A stretch of DNA of 64,000 bases from Rhodosorus marinus CCMP1338. Taxonomy: Eukaryota > Plantae > Rhodophyta. Shown piece by piece: positions 11,349-23,500 of this stretch. The stretch is from contig JAMWBK010000005.1 of assembly GCA_029953675.1 (NCBI GenBank), positions 558,001 through 622,000 on the forward strand, given 5' to 3'. The position numbers and the translations under genes are program-made. Within the stretch, counting starts at the first letter, position 1. The number at the start of each line of letters is the position of its first letter. The notes beneath the pieces were generated by a model. The model searched no databases, was not told the DNA's origin, and worked only from the letters and a program-made list of their open reading frames with translations.

Positions 11349-12991
11349 TCACGGGTTTACAAGCATACTCGAGATATGCAGCATTCCGTCGATAGTATAT
11401 CTGTGCCATCGCCAGAATCTGTCGCAGGCCTGAATCTTAGTATCTGGGGTACACACAATTGTGTACTCAACTTCTTGGTCTACGGGCAGCTTCTGCGGTA
11501 GTTTGAGTAGCTTGAGCTGCGGTAGTTCGAGTCGACATTGTACAAGGGTATTGCAACCGGTCACAACTAGTGCCTCCAGCGACGAGTGAGTGACGTTTAG
11601 GCTCCGCATTCCAGCGCACTTGAGGTTGAGGAATTTCAGCTTTTTGCATTCTGCCAACCCGATGATATCAGACTGCGCACTGAGCCTCTTGCATCCGGCA
11701 AGACTCAGAGAAGTGAGGTTTGGGCAACGCAATTCAACTTGCTGGAGTGATGAGCAGTCGTGGAGATCGATAGAGGTCGCTGCGTGACCGATGACAGTCA
11801 CTCGTTCGAGCAAACGATGTGCAGAGAGTTTGAATTCCACAGCGCGCGGACTTTCAACGCGCATAGATACCACGCTATGCCACCTGTTTCCGTCATACGA
11901 CAGAGTTGCGATTTGTCAGATACAATTCGATCTCTCGCGTCGTCCAACGAGAGCCAATGACACGGCATGAAGACTGTTGTTACCCGGACATATGTACTAC
12001 CCCTTCAAGGATGGGAGCACGTCGACTGGCTAGATGCAAATTTCGACCGATCCGCCGAATTCCGTTTGCGCGAACAGAGCTGACAAGGCCAAACAATGTC
12101 CTCAAACCGGTGTCCGTAACGTTTGGACAGTCGGATATGTCAACTGACGAAAGACTGTGAGGCCATAGTTTTGGCAACTAGTAGCGCAGACCGGGAGCGT
12201 GAGACAATGTTAGGAATCGCGAGGCATTTTTTTAGAGCCAAAAGACCCAATCTAGAACTCCAGGTTTCTGATCAAGATACCTCGTAGCAGAGAAAGGCAT
12301 CATCCACAAAACCGCAGCATTGAAGCCCGAGATGCGTTATATTCGGACAGCGCATCGCGAGGTTCCTTATGTCTGTCGCTGAGATTGGATGGCCCTTTAC
12401 ATCGAAGCTCTTCAAGTATTCCGAAGTGTAGTTCTCCATAACAAAACTGCAAATATCTGGAAAGGAGTTGGTCCTTGTTGTTGTTGTTTTCCAACGAGCG
12501 ACAAGGAATTTAGCCATGAGCACTCAAAACACAAACGCGTTTGATCATTGCATGACCCACCATTTCCAATAGTCGAACGACAGGCCTACCAGATTCTTGA
12601 AAAGCCTGAGGACCGAGAGAACAAGCTCCTGACTGGGAGTTTCGTCCATGCCTCGGAGGAAATGCCCGAACCTGAGCTGCGTACGCTCATCGGCCCACTT
12701 CTGCACAGTCAGACGGAAGCTCTCATTAACCTGTTCGATACTCGGGAGTGAAGACCGGAAAGAGTTTTCCCAAGAGTAAGAAGGGAGCGAGAACATCTTC
12801 CTTGCTTCATGGCAAGCGTGCTCAACCTGGGCCAAGTTCAGCATCGAGCCAACACCAGAGTACCTGACAATGATCGTCATTATCTCAGGTGGCAACTCAG
12901 GAAGCACAACCACATTTTCGGAAGTTTCCGATCGGTCCATATGGTTTGCCCCGTTGGCTGGACTCCGGTCGTCCACAAATTTAGTCTCCAT
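11349..12991 (-). CDS. F-box/LRR-repeat protein, multi-exon
   Basis: F-box-like LPELPPEIMTIIVRYSGVGSMLNLAQV, followed in downstream exons by cysteine-containing LRRs (CPNITHLGLQCCGFVDD, LSSVDISDCPNVTDTGL, CPNLTSLSLAGCKRL, CKKLKFLNLKC). Confidence 0.85.
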
Positions 12992-13399
12992 CAAGTACTT
13001 GGTCTCCAGGGTAGTCGTCTTACATATTCATACAACAAAGCCTAGTGGTCAGTATCTCTTTCTCACGCTGTCGTTAGAACTCCATTGCCATACCTTCACG
13101 CCCGCCTGCACAAAGTTTGTACCGACGTGGTGCAATTTATTGGAACATCGCCAGCCAACAATCGAAGTGCGAACTTTCAAGTCATCTACATATTTCCATT
13201 GCAGCAGAACAATGACGTTGTCAGGGAGTCCGATGGATACCTTCCGAGAAAGGGAAAGGCAATTGTAAGCCTGGAACAAAACTCCAAAACCGGGATGGCA
13301 ATCAGCACTGTGGATTAGGGTTTTCCGCCCATGAAGAGGAAAGCCCAGACTTTGGAATAGTTTTGAGGAAGAAACCGATGTCCACTACTTAATCTAACA

Positions 13400-14030
13400 G
13401 TGCACTGGTTCTATTCAGTTCTTTCCAACACGGATTGATATGCTAGTAACATATCACAGTCGACTACTAGCCCCTTTTGTTTTCATTCAATCTTTACCAG
13501 CTGATTGCCAATTCAAAATCTGCTTCAACGGATTTTGTTGCGAACTGAGAACTGTATCGAAATAAGCGGAGGATCTCGGAACGATTAGACTTCTGTCGTG
13601 GAAATCTATATTCGCTCCGGTTCGATTCAGCTCGTTCCAACGGAGATAGACATCCAGTGATATATAATAGTCGATACTACTACTCGTTGCATCCTTACCA
13701 CTTCTCATTGACAACGTTAAAAGTCTGGCTCTTAACGGATTTTGATTCAACTGTTTCGCGCCGCAAAGCATTGGGCAGGGATGTGATTTCTGCGTCGAAA
13801 TATCTGGAGTCGTTCTGGTTCGATGCAGCTTGTTCCAACACAGATAGGTATCCAGTCGTATATTGTAGTCGACTACTACTGATTCCATCCTTAAGCCGCT
13901 TATATTGTCAACTTAAAAATATACTTTACGGCTATTGATACAAACTGTTTCGTGTAACAGTTCATTGGGGAGCGATGTGACTTCTAGCTACTAGTAGCCA
14001 GTGTTTTAGATCGAATAGGTAGATTATCGC
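13400..14030. repeat. Degenerate tandem repeat, ~200 bp unit, 3-4 copies
   Basis: GTCGACTACTA at 13459, 13670 and 13868 (spacing 211 and 198), each preceded by a GTTC(T/G)ATxCAGxTxxTTCCAAC-like block. A fourth partial copy (CAAACTGTTTCG...GATGTGA) lies near 13940-13985. Confidence 0.8.
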
Positions 14031-14397
14031 GTAAGTAAAATCATAACCAGCTATTTCCACTCTTCATCTGCCTTTGTCCAATTCCTTTTAACACTTCGAA
14101 ACTGTTTCGGTCCTGAGTAGCGAGCTGGTGGAGGAAATTAGCAAGCTCCTGTTGACTTCAACGGAGTAGCTATACCATCCAGCTTGATCTATTCTCACTA
14201 GCGTGCGCCAGTTCGGTACCTAAGACAGTATTGCTTACGCAAAGTTCACCACCGGAAATCTTGACATACTCTAGGAACGAGCATCGACTCGTCGCGGATT
14301 AGATTCTTCAGGGTGGGTTCTGAGTTTTTTATAAATTTAGAAAAGGGTATATGTAGTGTTGTCATGTGCCGTCCGATAACATTTACCGATATGGTAC

Positions 14398-14940
14398 CGA
14401 TATTTTTCGACGTGGATAGAATATTGAAAAAAGTATAAAAAGGAGGGGTGTCTGATTGCAAATTCTTCAAAAAACATGTCCAATTGCCTGTCCGATAAGC
14501 AGGACCGATAAAATCGTCCGATATTCAATCAACGATAGTCCAATAATCAATCATCTTGAGTCCAGTTATTGAATCATGATTACTTCTTGGCATGGCTCGT
14601 TTATCATGAATCATCATTACTTCTCCGGGTGACTGCTTGGAGCTATCGATATTTTCGATGTGCATAGAATATTGAAACAAAGTATAAAAAGAAGGGGTGT
14701 CTGATTGCAAATTCTTCAAAAAAACAGGTCCGATCACTTGTCCGATAACAGGACCGTTAAAATGGTCCGATGTTCAATCAACGTTAGTCTAATAATCAAT
14801 CATCTTCACGCCAAGAAGTAATCATGATTCAGATATTGAATTATGATTATTTCTTGGCGCGGCTTGTATATCATGAATCATCATTACTTCTCCGCCTGTC
14901 CAGCCGGCACTATTATGTAATGAATCATGATTACTTCTAG
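14398..14940. repeat. Tandem duplication with ~249 bp period, rich in TGAATCATGATTACTTCT motifs
   Basis: CGATATTTT(T)CGA...AGGGGTGTCTGATTGCAAATTCTTCAAAAAA...GTCCGATAA...AATAATCAATCATCTT occurs from 14398 and again from 14647. Confidence 0.9.
14809..14859 (+). other. 23-bp hairpin (two G-T wobbles, 5-nt loop) inside the second duplication copy
   Basis: CGCCAAGAAGTAATCATGATTCA-GATAT-TGAATTATGATTATTTCTTGGCG. Confidence 0.85.
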
Positions 14941-15875
14941 ACCAGACAGGCTGGCAAGCATTGGTGAAGATTGCGCGTTAAGGTGGCAAGGACTTGTAGA
15001 ACAAGGCGTATCCCGACGGGCGTTTTCTCGTGTCCTCCTGTAGCGTGAGAACTTTGGGGATCGAATACATGGGTTGGTCGTGTTTCAGTGTCCTCTTGAG
15101 TTAACCCAGTGGCGGACTTCAACCACCCTTATTCTCGAGGCCAGTTCTTTTGTGCCGTTCGTATTCCTTAGCCCCCAGGGGACTTACGCTCGGAGCAAGC
15201 CGACTGGACTGGCTCTTCGAGTCGCATGATCAGTAGCTTCAGTATTTTGGTAACCACGGGTTGCTTCAAGACATGTGTACCTAAGAATGAACTTGGAGAA
15301 TTCTTGTGCCCCGCAATGCCGATGCTTGTGACATCAAGCTCAGAGGCTGGATGACCCCCTCCGAAGTCCTGTATATGCGAGGAGCAACAAGTACAGTTAA
15401 GGTTGCAGCTATTGAATGATATGCGTTACGGAGCGGTTGCTTGTGAGATCAAAAGGTTCTTCCACTATTAGCATTCGTACATGAGGCTTGAGACTTGAGG
15501 CTTGGTTTATTAAGAACATTACTATGAGTACTGCTAGTCAAAAAATGCCCCCAGAGTTCTCACACCCTATCACAAGATGGTTGGCCACCGCCTTATCTCC
15601 TCTTTCAACCCCTGGCCCTAAGCGATCCTCTTGCACGCACGCTCCTAGTACTTGTTTGGCATGAAGTAATGCACCTTCCGATGATCAAATGCTTGACACC
15701 AAATCTGTCTGTGCGCAGGAGATATTAAGCAGCGCCAGAGATTCAAGTAGACTGTCAAGGAGTATTCCGGTTGGGGCCAACCACGAGCGCCCCAAAGTCG
15801 TTCGTTTTGCCACAACATTCTGAACAGGACCAGCAGCGAAAAACTCCGAAAAGCTTAAAAGAGCCAATGAATTCT

Positions 15876-17131
15876 TCACTGCTCTGGCTGGGTCTGTTTC
15901 GGAAGGTACCTAACCCCGGTTTTACAAAAAGCTTTGGCGTCGCAAGCTGTGCAGTCAGCTTTTTGGGACTGGCAGATGATCTTCCCATGCTGAATAAGCA
16001 AGAGGTGTAAATCATACTTCATATCATCCGGTACCCGCCTGTTTAGAAATTCATAGGTTTCCTCCCTTGTAGCAGAGTCCGGGGTCCAACCAAGGCGCTT
16101 AGAGAGACGATTCACATGCTACCAAGAAAAACAACATGACGAAACGCAACGTTGTCGGCTTAGATTCGCTCTCGACACTCTAATTGGAGACCTGGCGTAC
16201 CGTATCCACGGGAAAATCGTTCCTCTTCAGAGTGAATAGCAACACGCACGAAATTGTCTTTGGTCCAACGCCTTTGAACCGCGATAGTTGTTCCTTGATC
16301 TTCTCGGTGGATTCATTTCGAAGATGCTCAAGGCTTATCTCTCCGTTTCTGCCTTTAATCTCGCGGAAAATGTCCTTGATTCTCTTCGTCTTTATCTTGG
16401 ACAGTCCACCACTTTTGATCGTTTCAGCTACTTCGTCATCGTCGGCGTCCAGGAGTTCCTCCCAGTTGGTGAACCTTTGCTAAACGAAGGGAAAAGTATG
16501 GAGGGCCGGCAACATTGTTAGGCCTACCTCGACTTCTCAGTTTCCCAGATGGTAGTGCCTAACCTTGAGAAGCTGGAAACACCTGTGCGAATTCACATCG
16601 GTCGTATTTTGGGATAGAATAGTTCCCACGAGAGAGTCTACCACGCTATGATCCGATGGTTTATGAGGAATTACCCCGTGCGTGTACTCAAGTGAAGTTT
16701 TGACGGACCGAAAGAGCTGCTCGGTGGGAGCCCAGCTCCTTGACGCCCATACATCCTCGACGTCTACCGGCAGCTTATTTTTCGATTCTGTGTTACTATC
16801 TGCTGTGCATAGAGCTGCATTTAGTACTACTTTCGTCCATATGCCTCTTTCCTGATTGGCTCCATTCGGCAATCATACCGACAACGGAACCCTGTATGGT
16901 TTTCCTCCTCTTTCTGCTCTGCTTCTTTCCGTCAGCTTCATAGACCACTGGCTCCTGTTGAAGGTCGAGCAAGCTCTCATCCTGTTCACTCTCTAGCTGG
17001 GACTCCGACTTTGCGTGTCGTACCAATGTGGCCCTGGGCCGATTTCGCTCTTTGGGATGACGAGCAAAGAACTCCAGAGAGTTGCTGGCCGCTTTTTCTC
17101 CAAGAAGCCTTGTGGATCTTCTCAACGCCAT
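15876..17131 (-). CDS. HhH-GPD / endonuclease III-family DNA glycosylase with 4Fe-4S cluster (resembles the At3g47830-type subfamily)
   Basis: VVDSLVGTILSQNTTDVNSHRCF; KGVGPKTISCVLLF...FPVDTHVNRLSKRLGW (HhH Lys and Asp retained); HGKIICQSQKADCTACDAKAFC (C-x6-C-x2-C-x5-C). Start taken as MALRRSTRLL at 17131. Confidence 0.9.
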
Positions 17132-17426
17132 TGGCGAGATAAAGCCTGCCTTTACATCAGAAGCTCTCCCCATACATTTCACAAGCCGACGCCCTTTGCT
17201 ACCATGCAAACCTGTGGTGTCCCAGCGACCGCTGGATCCGAAGTGTACTTCCTCTACTAATTGGTAACCTGGATTCCACGCAATTTTTTTGTTTTTACTT
17301 GAATCGTTGAGAATGGCACTCAAGGAATATGCCAGACAAAGATTTTTGTTGCAACAACAACGCTGAAAGCCTTAGCAGAGTTTCTCTTCCTTCACTCTGA
17401 AGGCGCCATAACCCCAGGCATCAGCT

Positions 17427-19263
17427 TCAAGCAGCCACTTCGAACAGACTCTTCATCGAGGAATGCGTCTGACCTTCATAGACCCCATCCTCAATACCTG
17501 CAAGGCCAAAGTCTGCTTGGAACGCGAGCAGCGCTTCCTCAGTGTGCGGGCCGAACTGAGTCTGCTCGATAGTTCCCAAGTAGTTGAGGTTGAGGTAGCC
17601 CAAATTCGCCAAGCAGCGGTGGAGCTGCTCAACGTGGTTCCCTTGATCGCCTCGGCGCAGAGGGTGCTGTGGTACGGACGACTGCTGCATTGGAGCCGGC
17701 TCGGTCGCGGTAGGAGCGGCCGAGAAGTGCTGGTTCCAACTAGTCGAACCTTCTCGCGGCCCAGTTTCGTCCTCACCGAAGCCGGAGTACTCTCCCATAC
17801 GGGCAGTCACGGTCCTTAGTAGCGCGCGAATAGCGCTCTCCTGAATAATGAGCTCTGCCGCCGATCCAATCACACCGGCCACTTCTTGAGAGACTAGACC
17901 TTCCACGCTACGTCGTACGTCGGCGGAAAACTGGCGAGACTGCTCCGGCGTTGGCGCTACCGAGGCATCGCTCCCGACCGCACAGTTTACAGCCATGGCT
18001 AGCCTAGGCAGAATTGTCGGCAATGACATTGCCAGCATTGGAAGTTGACCTGTACAGTACCGTTGAATCAGCACACCCATCCTTTAGGCGGACGAAGCAA
18101 GATGGATATCTCTTCTTACCTGAACGTTGTACTGCTGCAGCCGCCTGGGAAATCGCGGCCTGGGCGCCCGGGGACAAGGTTTCCAAATTGCCCATAAGGC
18201 TCTCAATGCCATCGAGATTAAAATTTCCGTCATTGAATCCTGAAAAAGGGCTCGACCATAAGAATGAGCTGAGGGTTACGGGTCGCATGCAGTGGTGGGG
18301 TGGTGGGGCAAGATTCTAGCTTACCAGAGAAGCTATCGCCGAAGTTGAATTGTCCGAGCGGGAACTGGGGGGCCTGTCCGGGATAACTGGAGAATGGATA
18401 GCCGCCCCTAGAGCCTTGATAAGACCTGGCTCGAGGCTCAGTTCCGGGCTCGGTATGTGGCGGAGGCGGGGCCTGTGAAGGTGGGTGTGGTGGTCCAGTT
18501 GGTGGTGGTGGCGGCTCGTGCGGTGGCCCCGATGGTGATGGCGGCGCGTGCGGTGGTGTATGCATGTGTCCTGGTGGCGGCGCGTGCGGTGGTGCGTGCA
18601 TGTGTCCCGATGGCGGTCCATGCGGTGGTGCGTGCATGTGTCCCGATGGCGGTCCCTCCGGTGGCGGTCCATGCGGTGGTTCGTGCATGTGCCCTGGTGG
18701 CGGCCCATGCGGTGGTGCGTGCATGTGCCCTGGTGGCGGCCCATGCGGTGGTGCGTGCATGTGCCCTGGTGGCGGCCCATGCGGCGGTGCGTGCATGTGC
18801 CCCGGTGGCGTCCCATGCGGCGGTGGTCCCCCAGCTCGCTGTTGAACAGGAGCGGGCTTCGGCGGAGGGCCAGCCTTCACATTACCAGCGGAAGCTTCAG
18901 GGTGAGGTCCTTAGCACATGAAACATAGAGCCAATTAGCAAGAGAAAAGACATCAATTCGAAGCTGCCTTATAGGGTATAGTCAGACGGTCTTTCGCTTA
19001 CCCGTATTCCCAGCTTTCCGGACGCTCAACTTCAGGAGACTGGCTCCAGACGACTCCAAAAGCACCAGCGCTTCCTCCAATTCCGAATCCAGCTCGAGAG
19101 TGATGAGATCACCATCATCATCCTTGTACTTCATACCAAATCCCCCTTCCTCCAGGTTGTAGGTCTTCCGAATCTGAGACTGAAGATCCGCGACTCCATC
19201 AACCCGCACGCTGAACCGACGAATATCTCCGTCAAGCTCGCACTTAACCTTCAAATCCTTCAT
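17427..19263 (-). CDS. PB1 domain + His/Pro/Met-rich repeat + C-terminal peptidoglycan-binding-like (PG_binding_1) domain protein, 4 exons
   Basis: Exon 1 is a PB1 domain with the basic Lys (KVKCEL..DIRRF) and the acidic OPCA motif (KYKDDDGDLITLELDSELEEAL). The C-terminal LRRGDQGNHVEQLHRCLANLGY...FGPHTEEALLAFQADFGL...DGVYEGQT fits the PGBD pattern. GT donors at ..AATACGG|GTAAG, ..CTCTG|GTAAG and ..GTTCAG|GTAAG. Confidence 0.85.
18545..18830 (-). repeat. Coding minisatellite, 36-bp unit x7 (GHMHAPPHGPPP)
   Basis: GCATGTG recurs about every 36 bp (one 51-bp spacing) between ~18560 and ~18800. Confidence 0.95.
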
Positions 19264-20577
19264 CGTCTCAAACACAAAACCCCTCCCCTCCCCCCCACCC
19301 CGAAAACACAAAATTCTACGACAACAGAATACACACAAAAAGCCAAAACAACTCCTTCAAACAGACCAAAGCAAAAATTCAAAAACTCCCAAACTCACCC
19401 TCCTAACCACCCAATTCAACCCATCTCTCACCCCACCCGATCACACTCACCAACCTCCTGTACTTATATAGATATGAACTCGACACCCAAATTCCACTAT
19501 TGAAGCAAAGTGCTGTCAACTGTCAAAATCTGGAAACCCCTAAATACTGCCAATCTTCAAAAATCAGCTCAAAAACAAACCAAAAAAAAAACAATTTCAT
19601 TCTCGTATCTCAGCGTTAATTACATTCGATTTGGACACGTGTGATAAATTAATTCGTAAATAATTTATTTTTTGGAACGCGTGTTGTGTTTTGATTGATT
19701 ACATTTTTGATAATTTCTTCATCATTGGTTGTACTAGGCTCCATTACAGACCTGAATTTTTAATTATAAATGGTTGGTGCTTGGAATGAAGTTGAAAATT
19801 CTAGTATTATCTCCGGCTCATGAATTTTTTGTTCTGTTTTTCTTTTGTTTGGTTGTTGTGGGTGATGAGGAGGTACGGCGACACTGGTTGATGGTTGTGA
19901 ACGCGAGGGTAACTGTGGTGAAGATAGAGCATGTTAGTGCTTACTGGCAGATGACAGTATCTCGCTTATACACCAGTCCCCAACCCCCTAAACATCCAAC
20001 CCAGTTGCACCTGGGGCTGCCTGCTGGTGGAGACTTGTAGTACTGAATCCTGAATCCTTTGGTGTACTGAACCTATCAATGGCTCGGATTCCACGTTCAG
20101 CAGCTTGTACTTTCGAATTGTGCTGATAGCTATACCACAGCGAAGTGGAAGAGTTCTCGACCTACTTGGCAGGTTTTGCTAGTGGGCTTCAAAAGAACTC
20201 GGAAGTTTTAGATTCGGGTTCTTTCAGCCCAAATCAACTGTAATTGTCCACTGCTTCGGACGCATTGCCTTTTAAAGCGCAGAAACTCCATACCAGGTCT
20301 GGTACACCGGTTCTTGACTGAAGGGTTAACCACCCAGTACGATTTTGCCTACTACGAAGGACATCCCTGCACACGTCTTCGCATCTTGATGGTTAGGCTT
20401 TCGAATAGAGTACTAAGTAGCATCGTGCTAAGGTTGATTATGTTCAGTTGTATCAGTATAATGTAAAATATCGCAGACTGTTTCCTAGACGCGAGCACCC
20501 TCACCATTAGTTGATAAATAGAAGATCCTACTCTTCCCGGTAGTGTATTGGCAATCCGAACTGCGCCGGATTGCGTT

Positions 20578-23500
20578 CTAAAATTTCGAGATCGCTTTAT
20601 GCACACAGAGATTAATAGCTTCCGCGATGACTTCTTCATCCGAATGAGTACGGTCAAGGAATGCAGTTATCTTGCGGTAAATTCTTACAGCATCTTTCTC
20701 CATGAAGTCCGGGAGAGTGTTCTCCGTGTAAGTTACTGTACACTCGCGATTGTTCTCCTTGCGATCGACCTCCAAAAAACTACCAGTGATGTTCACTACG
20801 ACCAGGCCTAACTGGGCAAACACGGGATTGACATAAGAGACAAATCTGAATGGCTTCCGTCGTATCAATACCAGACTTACCGTTCGCATGGAAGTATTGT
20901 ACGTAATTGTCACTGGCACTGTTCACTAGAAAGTTGCAGTGGAGTAAGAGAAATTCGTGAAGAACAAGAGCTTGAAACGGCGATACGACATGGTTGAGCT
21001 GATTCTCGAAAGCTCCAAGGCTTTTGCTAAAAAGAAAGACCGGAACAGACAGCATCCTGAACCCCAATTGCTTTGCTCGCCTTTCGAATGTCTGAGTGTA
21101 GTCAGATACAACGTTTCCATCGCACGCGATCCAATTGATGTTGATATGAAAGCAAGTCTCCAAACTGAAAAAGGAGTCGCAGCTCAGCATTATCCACTCG
21201 TTTTCCAAACCCCTAAACGGCTGCATACCGACCATAAACTTCAATGGTTCCTTCGCAGAGTACCCATGGCGCCACGGTAACAAGATCTTACGTCCATTCC
21301 GCATGATCTCAACATGCTCAGGGCTAGTCTTTGTCATCAGCTCAAAGAGTTTGACGAAGTTTGAAAAGATTTCACCATCACCACCTCTCTCCGCTTGAGT
21401 CGGTTCTCCAGTGAGAGGTCCAGGAGCGGCTCTATTGGCGAGCAAAACGAACGAAGCTTTCCGACATATTTCGTGGCTCACGAGGTCCAAGTTGACGTCC
21501 AGTCCGTCAACAAGAATTTGATCCAGCTTGTTCCAATTCACCCTTTCAGGTCCATACTCAAAAACAGTTGAGCGAGCCAGAAACGCGTTCTTGGCCCGTG
21601 ACCATAGGCAGTAGCCATATTGCTGTTTCTTAGATGCAGCTTCGTCGATGCGAACACGCCGTATAACTCGAACTCCACGGGATTCTGGTTCTACGATCAG
21701 CTCATGAAACTGTTCCCCCTTGGTCAAATAAACACTTTTGGTAGCTCTCACTCGTGACAGGTGCGAGATGGCATTCTTATTCTGGGTCTGCTCACCCTCC
21801 GGAGACAAAAAAGTTTCATCCGATATTCCGGTCACGACTTGATAGTCCATGACCATACGTTGACAAATGAGCTCCTTGACCAGAGCAACCAATTCTTCCT
21901 CCTCGGCTGATACTTTTCCCGTTGACAACAGATATCCATACTCTTCAGATCCCCTCACACGCAAAAGATGCTCATCTGGTGTCCACGTTGTAGTTAGTGG
22001 CAAAATGGACGGGTCGACAAATGTCTTCCACAGCGTCTCCTCTGGCAGGACTAGTGGACTGTCGGAGGATTCTCTATCTTCGACGATCATTGCCTTTTCG
22101 TGGTCAGTCGCGTAGAGGTGCGTATTATAGGGTGCCACTCGCACTGAGATGTCGTCGAACTCAGCATCCAAGATCCTCGTCGCGGCGAAACGCGCTAATT
22201 GCTCATTACCGCTGGTGGATCCTCCGCCGCTGAGGTGGTCAATCAATGCTCTCGGGCTCGGGGAGCCCCTCCAGTCCGTCTTCATATGTAATCCCCGTTG
22301 CAGGCTTGAGTCCTTCGAACTTAGACTAGAGTGGGTAATGCGATTGGTGAGACCAAGGTCGTACTTGCCTCGCATGCTCGCAATCGTCCTGCAGTCGATT
22401 AGAGAGTAGAGTGTCCAAGGAAACAAGAAGACACGCGTTAGGTTCCAAGAGTAGAATGGCAACTCTCGCGTGACGGGACGAATTCAATCACACCTTCGGG
22501 AAGGCAAGCCAGCGAGCCTCGAGGTGTTCTGTTGATCCGCACTTCGGGCAAGATCCCTCATCCGAGAGTACTCCGTCATATCTCCCTCCTGTCTGAAGGG
22601 CGAGTAATACTCGTCTCCGTACTCCACGCTTGAGTTTGTGTCGTCTTCCATCATCCCGCGATCCTCGTTGTTCGGAGGACTAGGAGGGACGAATATTGCG
22701 TCATCGTGCTTGCGAAATTCTTTCTGACTGTTCAACCGGATATCCTCCGCGTGCCCATCGTCAAAAAAAGGCACCACAGGCTTTTCCAGAGGAGCTTGGA
22801 GGAGGGCATAGTCGTCAAATCTCTTGCAGCAGAAGCGGATTCGTAACCAGGAATCGGGCACCGTAAACTTCTGAAAGGCCACTTCTTGAACCGTTTCTCC
22901 TAATTGTTCATGGGTTTCACCGGTAACACCCCGGACAGCCTGCTCGACTGGAAACTTGCTGCCAGAAGGCAAACTGGAAATTTCTGAATTATTGCTCCTA
23001 GTCTCAATCAGCTTGAACTCTCTTTCGTCCAGGAAGAGAATCGGGACTTGATGACCAGGTGGACTCGACAATGAAATCGTCTCACAGACTGCGGCACCAG
23101 AACGAATGAGGTCTCAGATTCCGTGGTTGGCCGGCGTTGGAACATTTATGCACCGCACCGGGCAACCTACCCATTCCGGTGTCCAGAAGCCTTCGTTTGG
23201 TAATCTCTGCGAGAAGCTTATCGACTTTCATAACTCCGTTTCCTGCTGTCATTAGGATAATGCTAGTTCCTGTATAGGGAAAGGCCCGATCCATTTTTAG
23301 GTCGTTCCAGTTGTTCAGTGTCAGGTTGAGTGCTTCAAGCGTGTTCCCCTCCATGGCCGACGAAAGAGTCCCATACTCGGAGGAGTGAGCTCCCTTTTCG
23401 CTCTCATCATGGAAGCCACCAGTGGGAGCCCAGTTAACGGTGGAGGGGAAAACTGAAAACTCGTGCTTGATCCGGCGCAAAATCGACGCCGAGTCCTTTG

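Noticed and set aside
14937-15870. Extra 3' exons of the glycosylase or an HMG-like fragment (KRPSGYALFYK)
   Set aside because: The fragments are short, stop quickly and cannot be joined convincingly.
18316-18928. Cys-rich metallothionein-like (MCPGGGPCGGAC...) and Arg/Trp/His-rich ORFs
   Set aside because: They are antisense or alternative-frame shadows of the 36-bp His/Pro coding repeat in the PB1 gene.
19865-20252. Possible small spliced gene on the + strand (…MTVSRLYTSPQPP…EVEEFSTYLAGF…*)
   Set aside because: No recognisable homology and ambiguous splice sites.
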